A stretch of 64,000 nt of DNA from an uncultured Candidatus Saccharibacteria bacterium (GCA_964612745.1 CAZTCH010000004.1:29382-93381), one strand, 5' to 3'. Positions 9,686 through 19,935 are shown, numbered from the stretch's first letter. Numbers and translations are program-made. The notes: generated from the sequence alone by a model not told the origin.

Positions 9686-9728
9686 GAAAATTATAGCGGG
9701 CTGAGCGAGACTGTCCAGTGACTAAAAA

Positions 9729-9865
9729 GGATTGCGGATTGCGGATTGCGGATTATGAATTACGGATTACGGATTGCGTATTTTTCATTCAGCATTTTGC
9801 AATTTGCAATATGCAATATGCATTTCCGCTTTCTACTCTCTATTCTCTGCCCTCTACCCTCTCTG
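9729..9865. repeat. Mixed heptamer arrays (GATTGCG, ATTTGCA, TCTACTC types)
   Basis: 7-periodic runs upstream of rel; they create the spurious N-terminus of ORF 9746. Confidence 0.8.
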
Positions 9866-9889
9866 TTCTTTTCCCTGTACACTATACAC

Positions 9890-11401
9890 ATGACTTTTGA
9901 GCAATTTCTAAAATCTATCCCCCACAAGTTCAAGCCAGAAGAAGAAGCGCTTTTAGCCAACGCTTTGGAATTCGCGCGGGCCGCGCACGCTGGCCAAAAG
10001 CGCAAAAGTGGCGAGGATTACATTGTGCACCCGTACGAAGCAGCCATTTTGCTTGGGCAGATTTTTCCTGACGCCATAAGCCTTGCTGCAGTACTCTTGC
10101 ACGACGTCCCCGAAGACACGGCCAAAACCCAAGCGGATGTGCTAGAAGCTTTCGGCGAAGACGTTGCGCATTTAGTAGACGGCGTAACCAAACTCGGCCA
10201 CGTTCGCTTGCGCAACAGCAAAGACCCTCAATACGTCGAAACTTTGCGCAAAATGTTTATTGCCACCAGCAAAGACATTCGGGTCATGCTGATTAAGCTT
10301 GCCGACCGCTTGCATAACATGCGAACGCTCGAGTTTTTACCAGCAGAAAAGCAACTCAAAATCGCCACAGAAACACTGGAAGTCTACGCTCCGATTGCTG
10401 CTCGTTTGGGCATTAACTCTTGGAAAGATGAACTGGAAGACCGATCGTTTGCCATCTTTGATCCAACAACATATACCGAAACAAAAACGTTGCTCGACAC
10501 CGTTTTACAAGGGAGACAGCACTCTTACAAGCAAATCGAAAAAAAGATTACCCACGTACTGAAAACCGAAGGGATTAAATTTGTAGACATATACGGTCGC
10601 ACCAAACGTATTTATTCATTCTACAAAAAACTCAAAAAATACAATGACGACCCAAGCAATATTTACGATCTCATTGCTGTTCGGATTATTACCAAATCCA
10701 CCGCAGACTGCTACGCAGCACTGGGTGCCGTACATCAATACTTCCAACCGCTTCCTGGGCGTATTAAAGACTACATTGGCATGCCAAAGCCAAATGGCTA
10801 CCAAAGTTTGCACACTACTGTCTTAGACGAAGACGGTAGCGTATTTGAAATCCAGTTCCGTACCGATTTAATGCACGAAGCTGCCGAGCGCGGTATTGCT
10901 GCCCACTGGTTTTACAGCGAGTCTGGCAAACCAACGGCGAGCAGCAAAAAAGCTGCGGGTTGGGTCCAAGAGCTCCAACGCTGGCAAGAAGAAGCAGCCA
11001 ATTCAGATGACTTTGTAGAAAACCTGAAAATCGACTTCTTCAAAGACCGCATCTTTGTACTCACTCCCAGAGGTGACGTAAAAGACTTACCCAGTGGCGC
11101 CAGCGTTATTGACTTTGCGTTTTCCGTCCACTCTGACCTTGGATACTACATGACTGGAGCAAAGATAAACAATAAAATGTCTAAGCTCACTGCAACACTC
11201 GAACAAGGTGATGTAGTCGAAATACTGAAAAGCAAACAACCAGTAAAACTCTCACGCGACTGGCTCGCTGCCGCTCGCACCAGCACCGCCAAGAACCGCA
11301 TACGAGCGTACCTCATGGAGCATGACAAAGGCATTATGCAACGTGTACGGGAACTCAAACTTGCCGATATTGGCTTACCGACCTTCTTCCGTAAAAAATA
11401 A
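9890..11401 (+). CDS. rel: RelA/SpoT family (p)ppGpp synthetase/hydrolase (HD, synthetase, TGS; no C-terminal ACT)
   Basis: HAGQKRKSGEDYIVHP, LHDVPEDT, IKLADRLHNMRT, PKPNGYQSLHT, EIQFRT; start moved to MTFEQF after TACACT -10. Confidence 0.93.
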   Translation: MTFEQFLKSIPHKFKPEEEALLANALEFARAAHAGQKRKSGEDYIVHPYEAAILLGQIFPDAISLAAVLLHDVPEDTAKTQADVLEAFGEDVAHLVDGVTKLGHVRLRNSKDPQYVETLRKMFIATSKDIRVMLIKLADRLHNMRTLEFLPAEKQLKIATETLEVYAPIAARLGINSWKDELEDRSFAIFDPTTYTETKTLLDTVLQGRQHSYKQIEKKITHVLKTEGIKFVDIYGRTKRIYSFYKKLKKYNDDPSNIYDLIAVRIITKSTADCYAALGAVHQYFQPLPGRIKDYIGMPKPNGYQSLHTTVLDEDGSVFEIQFRTDLMHEAAERGIAAHWFYSESGKPTASSKKAAGWVQELQRWQEEAANSDDFVENLKIDFFKDRIFVLTPRGDVKDLPSGASVIDFAFSVHSDLGYYMTGAKINNKMSKLTATLEQGDVVEILKSKQPVKLSRDWLAAARTSTAKNRIRAYLMEHDKGIMQRVRELKLADIGLPTFFRKK

Positions 11402-11410
11402 AAACGACAT

Positions 11411-11451
11411 AAAAAGGGTAACCCTTTCATGAGAAAGGGTTACCCTTTTTT
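11411..11451. terminator. Bidirectional terminator between rel and ndk
   Basis: AAAAAGGGTAACCCTTTC-ATGA-GAAAGGGTTACCCTTTTT. Confidence 0.85.
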
Positions 11452-11465
11452 CTAACTGAGAATTC

Positions 11466-11957
11466 TTACGGAAGAGTTTTGTGTGTATACCCTGGAATGT
11501 GAGAAATAATTTCTGCAGGAGTAAACCACACCGCAATTTCTTGCTCAGCTTCTTCCACAGAGGAAGAGGCGTGAATGAGATTGTAAATACCAATCTTTTT
11601 GTCGTCTGAATGCTTGAAGGACATGTGTGCGTAGTCACCACGAATGGTCCCTGGAGCAGCAGACTTTGGCTCTGTACCACCCACCATTTTCCGAATGAGC
11701 TCAACAGCATCTATCCCTTCAAGGCATAGAGCGAGAATTGGACCTTCGGTCAACATCGTAATCATCATATCTCGCACGTGCTGACCTCGGCGGATTGCCA
11801 AGTCTTCGGTATAGTGTTTTTCTGCATGCTCTTTGGTCGCTTGCACCATCTTTACCCCAACAATTTTCAGACCGACACGCTCAAAGCGTTGTATAATCTC
11901 CCCGACTAAGCCACGATCGATTGCATCTGGCTTTAAAAGCACAAGACTTTGTTCCAT
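11466..11957 (-). CDS. ndk: Nucleoside diphosphate kinase
   Basis: LKPDAIDRGLVGEII, PGTIRGD, NLIHASS. Confidence 0.96.
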   Translation of the reverse strand: MEQSLVLLKPDAIDRGLVGEIIQRFERVGLKIVGVKMVQATKEHAEKHYTEDLAIRRGQHVRDMMITMLTEGPILALCLEGIDAVELIRKMVGGTEPKSAAPGTIRGDYAHMSFKHSDDKKIGIYNLIHASSSVEEAEQEIAVWFTPAEIISHIPGYTHKTLP

Positions 11958-11967
11958 ATAAATTCGG

Positions 11968-12684
11968 TTACTTATTTGCGATAGTTACTGATTCAATCAC
12001 TACTGGTTCTTTTGGCGGACCGTCTTGTGAGCCAATAATCTCTACTCCACCAATCTTTTCTACTATATCCATCCCTTTTACCACTTTACCAAATACGGTA
12101 TACGCACCATCGAGCATTGGTAAAGGTTCTAACGCAATATAGAATTGACTACCAGAGGAAGCACGCTCAGGATTTACTTGGTCTCCTGTTCGCGCCATGG
12201 CGATTGCCCCTTTGGTATGCAGAAGTTTAATTTCTGCTGGAATCGTATACCCTGGGCCACCTGTACCATTCCCTGCTGGGTCTCCACCTTGCACGACAAA
12301 GTCTTTCGCAATCCGGTGGAAGGTCAAACAGTTATAAAACCCACTCTGGGAAAGCTTCACAAAATTTTCTACTGTTTTTGGAGCTACATCATCGTTTAAT
12401 TCAATTTGGATTTCACCAAAATTTTTCACTTTGAGTGTGGCAACCTTATTTTTGAAGTCAACGGTCTTCCCCGTAAATGCATCTGGATTATAATCCCGTG
12501 TACATTCACCTGTTGTTGGTGTGTCCATAGCAATAGAATTATTTACTTCTTGATTCGCTTGTTGGGTGTTGGTGGTAGTATCCGTACCGGTAACACTTGT
12601 TTCTCCACGGAAGAATAGTGCGTAGGTAGCGACTGCTACAACTGCTACACCAACTACAACCATGCTTATAACTGATTTATTCAT
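11968..12684 (-). CDS. Membrane-anchored cyclophilin-type peptidyl-prolyl isomerase
   Basis: APKTVENF, FHRIAKDFVVQGGDP, SGSQFYI, YTVFGKV; N-terminal TM. Confidence 0.93.
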   Translation of the reverse strand: MNKSVISMVVVGVAVVAVATYALFFRGETSVTGTDTTTNTQQANQEVNNSIAMDTPTTGECTRDYNPDAFTGKTVDFKNKVATLKVKNFGEIQIELNDDVAPKTVENFVKLSQSGFYNCLTFHRIAKDFVVQGGDPAGNGTGGPGYTIPAEIKLLHTKGAIAMARTGDQVNPERASSGSQFYIALEPLPMLDGAYTVFGKVVKGMDIVEKIGGVEIIGSQDGPPKEPVVIESVTIANK

Positions 12685-12750
12685 AACTCTTTATATGTGT
12701 AATTTTTGCTTATTTGTATGACAAGCCTGTGCGAATTGTAACATAAGTCC

Positions 12751-14223
12751 TTAGTTTTTGCTAGTTTTTACCCCAAGCAAAGCACGCCTCTTTTGACTGT
12801 ACCACCACACCACAGACAAAACACCAAATATGACACAGAGCCAAACCCCCGCCACCGCACCCGTCACGTGCAGAGGAATGCTGGCATGCGGAACTGCCGC
12901 ACCGACATGCACGCACCATAAAAGGTACTGCACACACAGCCCAGTCACAAAAGCAAAGCCCACCCCCACTGCGGGAAGTAACGACAGAACAGCCAAAAAC
13001 ATTATGACTTCTATGACCGGCACTACAAACATATTGACGACAAGCGCTACCAAAGAAAAAGTGCCGAAGTGCCACACCGTGAGTGGTGCAGTCGCAACAA
13101 TCGCACAGAGTGTGCCAATAAACACAGATGGCATGAGAGAAGTATCCTGCTGCTTACCAGCAGCCCACCCCTCTCGAATTTCCATACCGAACACAATTGC
13201 AAGTGTTGCAGCCACACTCAGTTGAAATCCAATATCCCAATACAGTAGCAACGGATTCTGCAACAACATAAGCCCCGCGCAGATGAGTACTGCATTTGGC
13301 GCGCGATATACTCGACCAAAACCAAGCGCACCCAAAACCAATACTCCCATCAACGCTGCTCGTACCACTGAAGCAGAAAATCCTGCAATAGCAACAAAGC
13401 ACAGAATACACAAAGCCGATACCACTAATTGATACCTCCGCCCAATGAGCCCTGCCAGACCGCTTAACCAAAGAATAAAAATAGTAACGTTAAACCCTGA
13501 AACTGCCAACACATGGCTCGTGCCCGTAGCTACAAAATCTGCCAACACTGAATCAGATACTCCTCGTTTCGCACCAATTAGAATACCGAGTACTATATTC
13601 CCCGCCTGTGGGTCATACCGCTCCAGCACTCGTTCATGTAACCACTGCTTTACCTCCGCCATTATTTTGAGAAAGCTCACTCCACGTTCATGACTAAGCA
13701 CAATGACTTTAGGATACCGCATAACTGCATACACCCCTTGTCGCTCCAAAAACCCTTGATAGTCAAACCCGTTAAAAGGTTCTGCCAACGCCAACGTACC
13801 CCGAACTACTACCGTATCTCCATAGAAAAACTTTGTTGCTCGCGTCGTTGTTAGCAGCACTCGATCAGTAAACCCAGCCGGCTGCACGACTACTAATTGT
13901 GTTGACTCCCGCACATCCGGATCTACCACAACTTTCCCGACAAACTCCTGCGAATGCCCGATGTACGCCTCGATTTTTGACTCATACTGCAGGACAGAGG
14001 CCACCCGCAGCCCGCCCAGGGCAAAACCGAGCAAGCTCACACCTACAAAATATGCATAAAGGTACCGACGTTGTGCCACTGAGCGATAACACAGTCCTAC
14101 GCTCACCACGCATACCGCAGTAAGCACCCACAGAAACAGTACGGGAACATGCGCTACCGAACCAAACCAAATACCAACACAAAACCATACAGAAATTGTG
14201 ACCAACCACGTATGTGTCGTCAT
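12751..14223 (-). CDS. comEC: ComEC/Rec2 competence membrane protein (no beta-lactamase domain)
   Basis: TGTSHVLAVSGFN, SVVRAALM, DIGFQLS. Confidence 0.92.
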   Translation of the reverse strand: MTTHTWLVTISVWFCVGIWFGSVAHVPVLFLWVLTAVCVVSVGLCYRSVAQRRYLYAYFVGVSLLGFALGGLRVASVLQYESKIEAYIGHSQEFVGKVVVDPDVRESTQLVVVQPAGFTDRVLLTTTRATKFFYGDTVVVRGTLALAEPFNGFDYQGFLERQGVYAVMRYPKVIVLSHERGVSFLKIMAEVKQWLHERVLERYDPQAGNIVLGILIGAKRGVSDSVLADFVATGTSHVLAVSGFNVTIFILWLSGLAGLIGRRYQLVVSALCILCFVAIAGFSASVVRAALMGVLVLGALGFGRVYRAPNAVLICAGLMLLQNPLLLYWDIGFQLSVAATLAIVFGMEIREGWAAGKQQDTSLMPSVFIGTLCAIVATAPLTVWHFGTFSLVALVVNMFVVPVIEVIMFLAVLSLLPAVGVGFAFVTGLCVQYLLWCVHVGAAVPHASIPLHVTGAVAGVWLCVIFGVLSVVWWYSQKRRALLGVKTSKN

Positions 14224-14226
14224 ATA

Positions 14227-14875
14227 GTGACCTCCTCCCCGAGTTCCGCAAAGCCTACACTCGGGGTATCCAACACGGCATGAATACTAAAAGCTTCGGA
14301 TAATGAGATTCGTTAAAAGAGTCTGGTTGTCTGGGGCTTTTCTTTCTTGCCCTGCCACTCAATGTACTTCTTAACCTGCTCCTCGTTCAATCCGTTTGTT
14401 GACGAGAAATACCCCACACTCCAGATGCCGTCCCATTCTAAATACATTTCTTTGATAAATTTAAACTTCTTTTGGATGTGGATACTACTGTTGGCTTTTA
14501 ACCTTTGGACGGCATCTGAGACAGCCATATTGGGTGGTATTTCGATTTGAATATGAACATGGTCTTGGTCTGAATTAACAGCTGTAATGAAGAGTGTGGG
14601 ATATTTCTTGCAGGTTTGGTAGAGACTTGTCTTTAGTTCTGCTTTAACGTAGTCTTTGAGCCACTTTCTCCGGTGCTTAGTGCCCCAGACAATGTGATAC
14701 AAGTGTCGATATGCGCAATGGTTAAGGCTTTTCGTCTTCATGCAACCAGCCTACCACGAATTCCAACGCAATGGGAATTCGTTCCCGGGATCCCATTCAT
14801 CCCCAGACCGCGACAATGAGAGTGGTGACTTGATTGCTTTCTAGAGGGTCGCTGGTCTGGGGTTTCCTGGTATAT
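14227..14875 (-). mobile_element. IS200/IS605-family element, tnpA only
   Basis: Y1 transposase; subterminal hairpins CCCCAGACC...GGTCTGGGG (14801-14862) and CCCCGAGT...ACTCGGGG (14237-14266); right end GGAGGAGGTCAC; left boundary approximate. Confidence 0.8.
14313..14741 (-). CDS. tnpA: IS200/IS605 Y1 (HUH) transposase
   Basis: YHIVWGTKHR, DHVHI (HUH), WSVGYF, KKYIEWQ catalytic Tyr. Confidence 0.95.
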   Translation of the reverse strand: MKTKSLNHCAYRHLYHIVWGTKHRRKWLKDYVKAELKTSLYQTCKKYPTLFITAVNSDQDHVHIQIEIPPNMAVSDAVQRLKANSSIHIQKKFKFIKEMYLEWDGIWSVGYFSSTNGLNEEQVKKYIEWQGKKEKPQTTRLF

Positions 14876-14903
14876 AAAAACCTCGGCCAAAGGCCGAGGC
14901 GTG

Positions 14904-16184
14904 TTATGTGGTACTGGTAAGAAATGAAATGACTTCATCTTCATGCAACTCAACATTCGTTCTGGTTGAAAGCGTTCGAAGTAATAATTTCGGAGTCTGC
15001 TCCTGTGGTACTATCATGTACGGAATCCCTTTTTTCTCTGCGTATTTATATTGCTTTTCTAACTTTGCCTCAGAGAAATATGGTTCAACAGCAATCCCCT
15101 GCGTGCGCAATCTTTGTACTAACGCAAACACCCGTGACGAAGGAACCCCTGCTACCGCAGCAACAACCACCTGTGTCCCCGAAGGAACTACGAGTAGCCC
15201 TGCGGCTTCTAAATACTCGTAGAGCCTATCTACCCCTAGTGCACCACCTACTGCGGGTACTGACTCTGTGGTATACGTACTCAACAAACCGTCATACCGA
15301 CCACCACCAGCAATGCTCCCATATCCGTCAACGCCAACCAATGCGCATTCAAACACCGTGCCAGAGTAATAATCTAGTCCTCGCGCAATACTTGGGTCAA
15401 ATACTATCTTGCTTACTGGAACGCCGAGCTCTATTGCAGAATCTATAACCAAGCGCACCCCAGCACACACTTCCGCTGCGCGAGGGCTCACTTGTGCGTA
15501 CACCTCGAGGGCCGCTTCGCCTGTTGGCGCAGAAAGAATACTTGTAAGTATTTGCTGCATCCCTTCTGAAACATTCCGTTCAACTAACAATTGCTGCACT
15601 CCTGCAAGTCCAACCTTGTCGAGCTTATCAACACAACGAATAGCAGCCAACACTTCTTGTTCGTCTTCTGAAAGCAAGCCAAACAACTGACGACTATTCA
15701 CTCGAAACACATAATTCGACACACCAATGTTTTCTAAGGCTCGAGACAAACACGCAATTACTTCTGCGTCAGCAAATACTGAAGACTCCCCCACGATATC
15801 TACATCGCATTGATAAAATTCACGCAATCTGCCTTTCTGAGTATTTTCTGCACGCCATACCGGAGCTATTTGATACCGCTTAAATGGCAAAGTTAACGCA
15901 CCATAATTTTGCGCAACGTAGCGCGCGAGTGGCACTGTTAAGTCGTAGCGCATTGCCACTTCTCTTCCCCCATTATCAACAAAGCTGTACACCAGTTTTT
16001 CTTCGTCACCATATTTCCCCATGAGTATCTCTTTGTATTCCAGTGCTGGGGTAGAAAGTGGTGAAAACCCAAAAAGCTCAAAGGTATTCTGGATACGTCC
16101 AAAAAGCGCCTGCCGAGCGCGCTGCTCAGTAGCGGTAAAATCTCTAAATCCTTTCAGTGTACGTGGTTCGATTTTCTCTTGCAT
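14904..16184 (-). CDS. hisS: Histidine--tRNA ligase (catalytically intact)
   Basis: KGFRDF, RYDLTVPLARY, WRAENTQKGRLREFYQCD, RGLDYYSG, GGGRYD, GVDR. Confidence 0.97.
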   Translation of the reverse strand: MQEKIEPRTLKGFRDFTATEQRARQALFGRIQNTFELFGFSPLSTPALEYKEILMGKYGDEEKLVYSFVDNGGREVAMRYDLTVPLARYVAQNYGALTLPFKRYQIAPVWRAENTQKGRLREFYQCDVDIVGESSVFADAEVIACLSRALENIGVSNYVFRVNSRQLFGLLSEDEQEVLAAIRCVDKLDKVGLAGVQQLLVERNVSEGMQQILTSILSAPTGEAALEVYAQVSPRAAEVCAGVRLVIDSAIELGVPVSKIVFDPSIARGLDYYSGTVFECALVGVDGYGSIAGGGRYDGLLSTYTTESVPAVGGALGVDRLYEYLEAAGLLVVPSGTQVVVAAVAGVPSSRVFALVQRLRTQGIAVEPYFSEAKLEKQYKYAEKKGIPYMIVPQEQTPKLLLRTLSTRTNVELHEDEVISFLTSTT

Positions 16185-16291
16185 AGTTCATTCCTTTATC
16201 CAGATAATACCACAGAACAAAGCGCACCCGCCAGTAGCCATATAAAAAAGCACTTCCAAAATGAAAGTGCTTTTTGTGTACATCCAACATG

Positions 16292-17050
16292 CTACCGAGG
16301 GCGAACCGATACCGCATCCACTAATATCCCCTGCCGATTTTCAGGGCCTTGGCCTTGTAATGTAAGAGTATCCGAACCTGTAGCGGTCACTGCAAAGGTA
16401 TACCGTTGCCACGCAGGCTGCTTATCTTTCGTTCCGTCTGGCGAGACAGATCCTACAACTACACCATTCCACGTAATCTCTAATGCATTTTCCACTGCTG
16501 CTGTCTTTGGTTGCGCTGCAACACTCAGCGAAATGACTAACTGTTCCCCTACGGTTGTTTGTAAAACTTGACTGAGCGTGGTTAAACTTTGGCCAGCACC
16601 TGCTCTTCCTCCCAAATCAGCAGCATCCAATCGCACAAACTGTTGACCACTTGCTGCCTTCCACCCAGAAAATCCAGCCAAAAATTCTACACCTGCTTGC
16701 CTGACCGAACGCTTGAGTTTTCCGGAATCATTCGTCCAACCAACTACCCAGCCCAGCCCAGCTGTTCCGTCTACAACAAATTGTGAGTTCGAGCGAATAA
16801 TTGGGTCTTCAAAATTACCATTGCGAACGTACTCTGCTATGGCGCCCTCCTGTACCGGCGGCCGAACCACTCGATCTTGTCCACCAGTAACTTGTTCTGA
16901 AGCAGAAGAAGTGTTGTATTGCAACGAAGGCGGGTTAACCATAAGCCCCATGACCCCATAAATAGCCAACCCCGCAGCGTACGCAACTGCAATACCCCAG
17001 ACCACTTTATCTTTTGGGAAAGACGTCGATTTTGTGTTTGTTTGTAGCAT
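16292..17050 (-). CDS. Membrane-anchored protein with DUF642/galactose-binding-like beta-sandwich
   Basis: N-terminal TM; NGNFEDP, GW, LSQ and LVDAVSV patterns. Confidence 0.55.
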   Translation of the reverse strand: MLQTNTKSTSFPKDKVVWGIAVAYAAGLAIYGVMGLMVNPPSLQYNTSSASEQVTGGQDRVVRPPVQEGAIAEYVRNGNFEDPIIRSNSQFVVDGTAGLGWVVGWTNDSGKLKRSVRQAGVEFLAGFSGWKAASGQQFVRLDAADLGGRAGAGQSLTTLSQVLQTTVGEQLVISLSVAAQPKTAAVENALEITWNGVVVGSVSPDGTKDKQPAWQRYTFAVTATGSDTLTLQGQGPENRQGILVDAVSVRPR

Positions 17051-17102
17051 ACGACTAAATAAAAAGAGTAAGAAAATTTTAACCGATAGTATCTCTTTAT
17101 TA

Positions 17103-17327
17103 CTATATCACATCTGGTATACGAAAAGCTTTTATCTTATGGGTTTTTCCACGCACTAAGATAACTTCTGATTTCGCACAACCATATATCTGCGCAACTA
17201 GCTTCTGCACTGCAGCAGTCGCCCGCCCTTCATGTGGCGGCTCGGTCACGTACACATGCAACACACCTGCTCGCAACATGTGACGCTGTTGTTTTGCACT
17301 CGGATGAACAGTAACTTGTATAATCAT
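17103..17327 (-). CDS. DUF167 (YggU-like) protein
   Basis: VTVHPSAKQ, PPHEGRAT, RGKTHKIK. Confidence 0.8.
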   Translation of the reverse strand: MIIQVTVHPSAKQQRHMLRAGVLHVYVTEPPHEGRATAAVQKLVAQIYGCAKSEVILVRGKTHKIKAFRIPDVI

Positions 17328-17369
17328 CAAAATAAATGCCACTGAGCATCATACTCAGTGACATTTGCA

Positions 17370-18554
17370 TTACTTCATTTTTCTGCGAATAAACGCAGGA
17401 ATATCTAATTCGTCATCCGCTTCTTGCACTTGTGCAGGACTTTCACTAATAGGAGTGAACTGCGGCCTGCGTGGCTCAACACGCACTGGCGGCTCCACTA
17501 CTACCGGCTGTACAGGCGCAGCCTGCACTGGCGCTGGCTTGCGCTCTTCGACTGGCGTTGGTGTATGTACCTGCGCTACTGATTTTCGTGCAGTTTCATC
17601 AAACCCAGTTGCAATAACGGTAATGCGAATTTCATCACCAATCTCCTCGTCTATAACAGCACCAAACTTGACCCGAGCTTCTGGGTCAATGCTCTTCGTA
17701 ATCGCTTTTGCTGCTTCATCGATTTCGTACATGCCCAACGACGACCCACCAGTAACGTTAAACAACACACCAGTGGCACCGTCGATCGAAAGCTCGAGCA
17801 AAGGAGAATTTACCGCCATACGAGCTGCATCTTGCGCTCTATTTTCTCCACTCGCCCGACCAATACCCATAAGTGCCGTTCCTGCGTCTTGCATAATGCT
17901 TCGCACATCAGCAAAATCGGCATTGACCACACCATGACTGGTAATCAGATCGGAAATACCGGCAATACCTTGACGCAAGATATCGTCTACAGTACGAAAG
18001 GAGTCGATAAGCGAAGTCTTTTTATCGATAATTTGTAAAATTCGATCGTTATGAACAGAAATAATAGCGTCTACTTTATCTTTCAAATTGGCATACCCGA
18101 TTTCTGCAACTTCTTTTCGCTTCAACCCTTCGAATGTGAATGGTTTCGTAACAACAGCAACGGTTAAAATACCGCGGTTCTTCGCAATCTCAGCAACTAT
18201 TGGAGCCGCGCCGGTGCCCGTACCACCACCAAGACCGCAGGTAATAAATACCATGTCGGCATTGCTGATTACTTCTTCAATCTCTTCTTGTGATTCCTCT
18301 GCAGCTTGTCTACCAACATCTGGATTCATACCACTCCCCAAACCCTTGGTAACACTTTTCCCAATATGCACTTTTTTGTCTGCTGCATTGTTGTGAAGCG
18401 CTTGTGCATCTGTGTTTATAGAAACAAACTCTACACCACGAATACCCAGCTGAATCATCCGATTCACCGCATTACCGCCGCCACCACCAACACCCAATAC
18501 TTTTATTCGAGCAAATGTCTCAATTTTCGGTTTCACTTCCATGGTCTTCTTCAT
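17370..18554 (-). CDS. ftsZ: Cell division protein FtsZ
   Basis: GVGGGGGNAVNRM, GGGTGTG, C-terminal LDIPAFIRR. Confidence 0.99.
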   Translation of the reverse strand: MKKTMEVKPKIETFARIKVLGVGGGGGNAVNRMIQLGIRGVEFVSINTDAQALHNNAADKKVHIGKSVTKGLGSGMNPDVGRQAAEESQEEIEEVISNADMVFITCGLGGGTGTGAAPIVAEIAKNRGILTVAVVTKPFTFEGLKRKEVAEIGYANLKDKVDAIISVHNDRILQIIDKKTSLIDSFRTVDDILRQGIAGISDLITSHGVVNADFADVRSIMQDAGTALMGIGRASGENRAQDAARMAVNSPLLELSIDGATGVLFNVTGGSSLGMYEIDEAAKAITKSIDPEARVKFGAVIDEEIGDEIRITVIATGFDETARKSVAQVHTPTPVEERKPAPVQAAPVQPVVVEPPVRVEPRRPQFTPISESPAQVQEADDELDIPAFIRRKMK

Positions 18555-18636
18555 ACAAATACCAATACTATAAGATATACTAAATCATACCAGAAATTAC
18601 CAAATTCGCATATATGACCGAGTAAAACCAGTCATT

Positions 18637-19881
18637 TTAAGGCAAAAATGACTTAAACCACCGAATCGCTTTCTGAGCAACAGGATGTTCCAACAACTTC
18701 CCTGCTGCAGAACCAGCCCCATACCCCTGCCCACCATAGGTATGCGACCACATGACCAAACCACACACCACAGCAAAAGATGGATCTTCTACTTTATCGA
18801 TAATAGTAGTCAGACCTTGCAAAACCCCTACCTGTGCCGGCAAGCGCAATGCTTGTTTTGCGTATTGGACAATCCCTGGCATGTTGCTTGTACCACCAAC
18901 CAACACCACCCCAGCCGGTAACTGACCATCGCGATTAATTGCCTTTAATTCTCGATTCACATGTTCAAAAATTTCGGAAAGTCGAGCTTCAATAATATCT
19001 ACTACGTCTGCTCGCGCTACAGACTCTGACTCGTTCTCATCTATTTTAGATAAATCAATTGCTTGTTGCTCACCAATAGGCAAACTACCAGCGTACCCAT
19101 ACAAAATTTTTACCCGCTCTGCAGTATCAATACTTGTGCGCAGTCCAATTGCCAAATCATTGGTAATATGTAAACCGCCCAGAGGCAATACTGCCGTATG
19201 GAGCAACGTGTTCTCTTCGTATACCGCAATGCTCGTAGTACCAGCGCCAATATCAACAACAACCACACCCAACTCCTTTTGTTTCCGACTCAACACTGCT
19301 TGCGCTGCTGCCAGTGGGGTAACCACCAACTCCCGAGCCGAAACACCAGCTTGGGAACAGACTCTTTGTAAATTCTTTAGAAGAGAGCTAGAACCATGCA
19401 CCATCGTGGTGTCTACTTCGAGACGCACACCACTCATGCCCAGAGGATCTTTGATACCCTCTTGACCATCGAGCATGAATGCTTTTGGAATCACGTGAAG
19501 TACTTCTCTATTAGGAGGTATCGATACCGCCTGCGCTGCGTCCACCACTCGCACAATATCCGCCTCGCTCACTTCACCATCTGCCTTAGACACGGCAATG
19601 ACCCCTTTCGAGGTCAAAGACACGATATGCTGTCCAGAGACACTGACTACCGCTTCGCTCACTGGAACAGCAGTCATGCGCTCCAGTTTTTCTAGCGCCG
19701 TCGAAAGAGCAGACACTGCTTCATCCAGATCCGTTACCACTCCCCGTCGCAAGCCCGCAGCCGGTACTGACACAGCACCAATAACCGCCAACTTATCTTC
19801 TTCAGCGTTTAACTTTGCTTGGACTACACGAACAGAATGAGTCCCAATATCGATCCCTGCTATGTATCTATCTTTTGCCAT
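18637..19881 (-). CDS. ftsA: Cell division protein FtsA
   Basis: GIDIGT, DIGAGTT, GGLHITNDL, amphipathic C-terminus; upstream of ftsZ. Confidence 0.97.
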   Translation of the reverse strand: MAKDRYIAGIDIGTHSVRVVQAKLNAEEDKLAVIGAVSVPAAGLRRGVVTDLDEAVSALSTALEKLERMTAVPVSEAVVSVSGQHIVSLTSKGVIAVSKADGEVSEADIVRVVDAAQAVSIPPNREVLHVIPKAFMLDGQEGIKDPLGMSGVRLEVDTTMVHGSSSLLKNLQRVCSQAGVSARELVVTPLAAAQAVLSRKQKELGVVVVDIGAGTTSIAVYEENTLLHTAVLPLGGLHITNDLAIGLRTSIDTAERVKILYGYAGSLPIGEQQAIDLSKIDENESESVARADVVDIIEARLSEIFEHVNRELKAINRDGQLPAGVVLVGGTSNMPGIVQYAKQALRLPAQVGVLQGLTTIIDKVEDPSFAVVCGLVMWSHTYGGQGYGAGSAAGKLLEHPVAQKAIRWFKSFLP

Positions 19882-19935
19882 GCAATACATGAGCCATAGT
19901 GTAACTGCGTTGCCCTACACAACACACACCATGGT

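Noticed and set aside
9746-9889. N-terminal extension of Rel
   Set aside because: Translation of heptamer arrays; a -10 box precedes ATG 9890.
14227-14312. TnpB/omegaRNA system
   Set aside because: No tnpB; under 90 nt between the tnpA stop and the right end.
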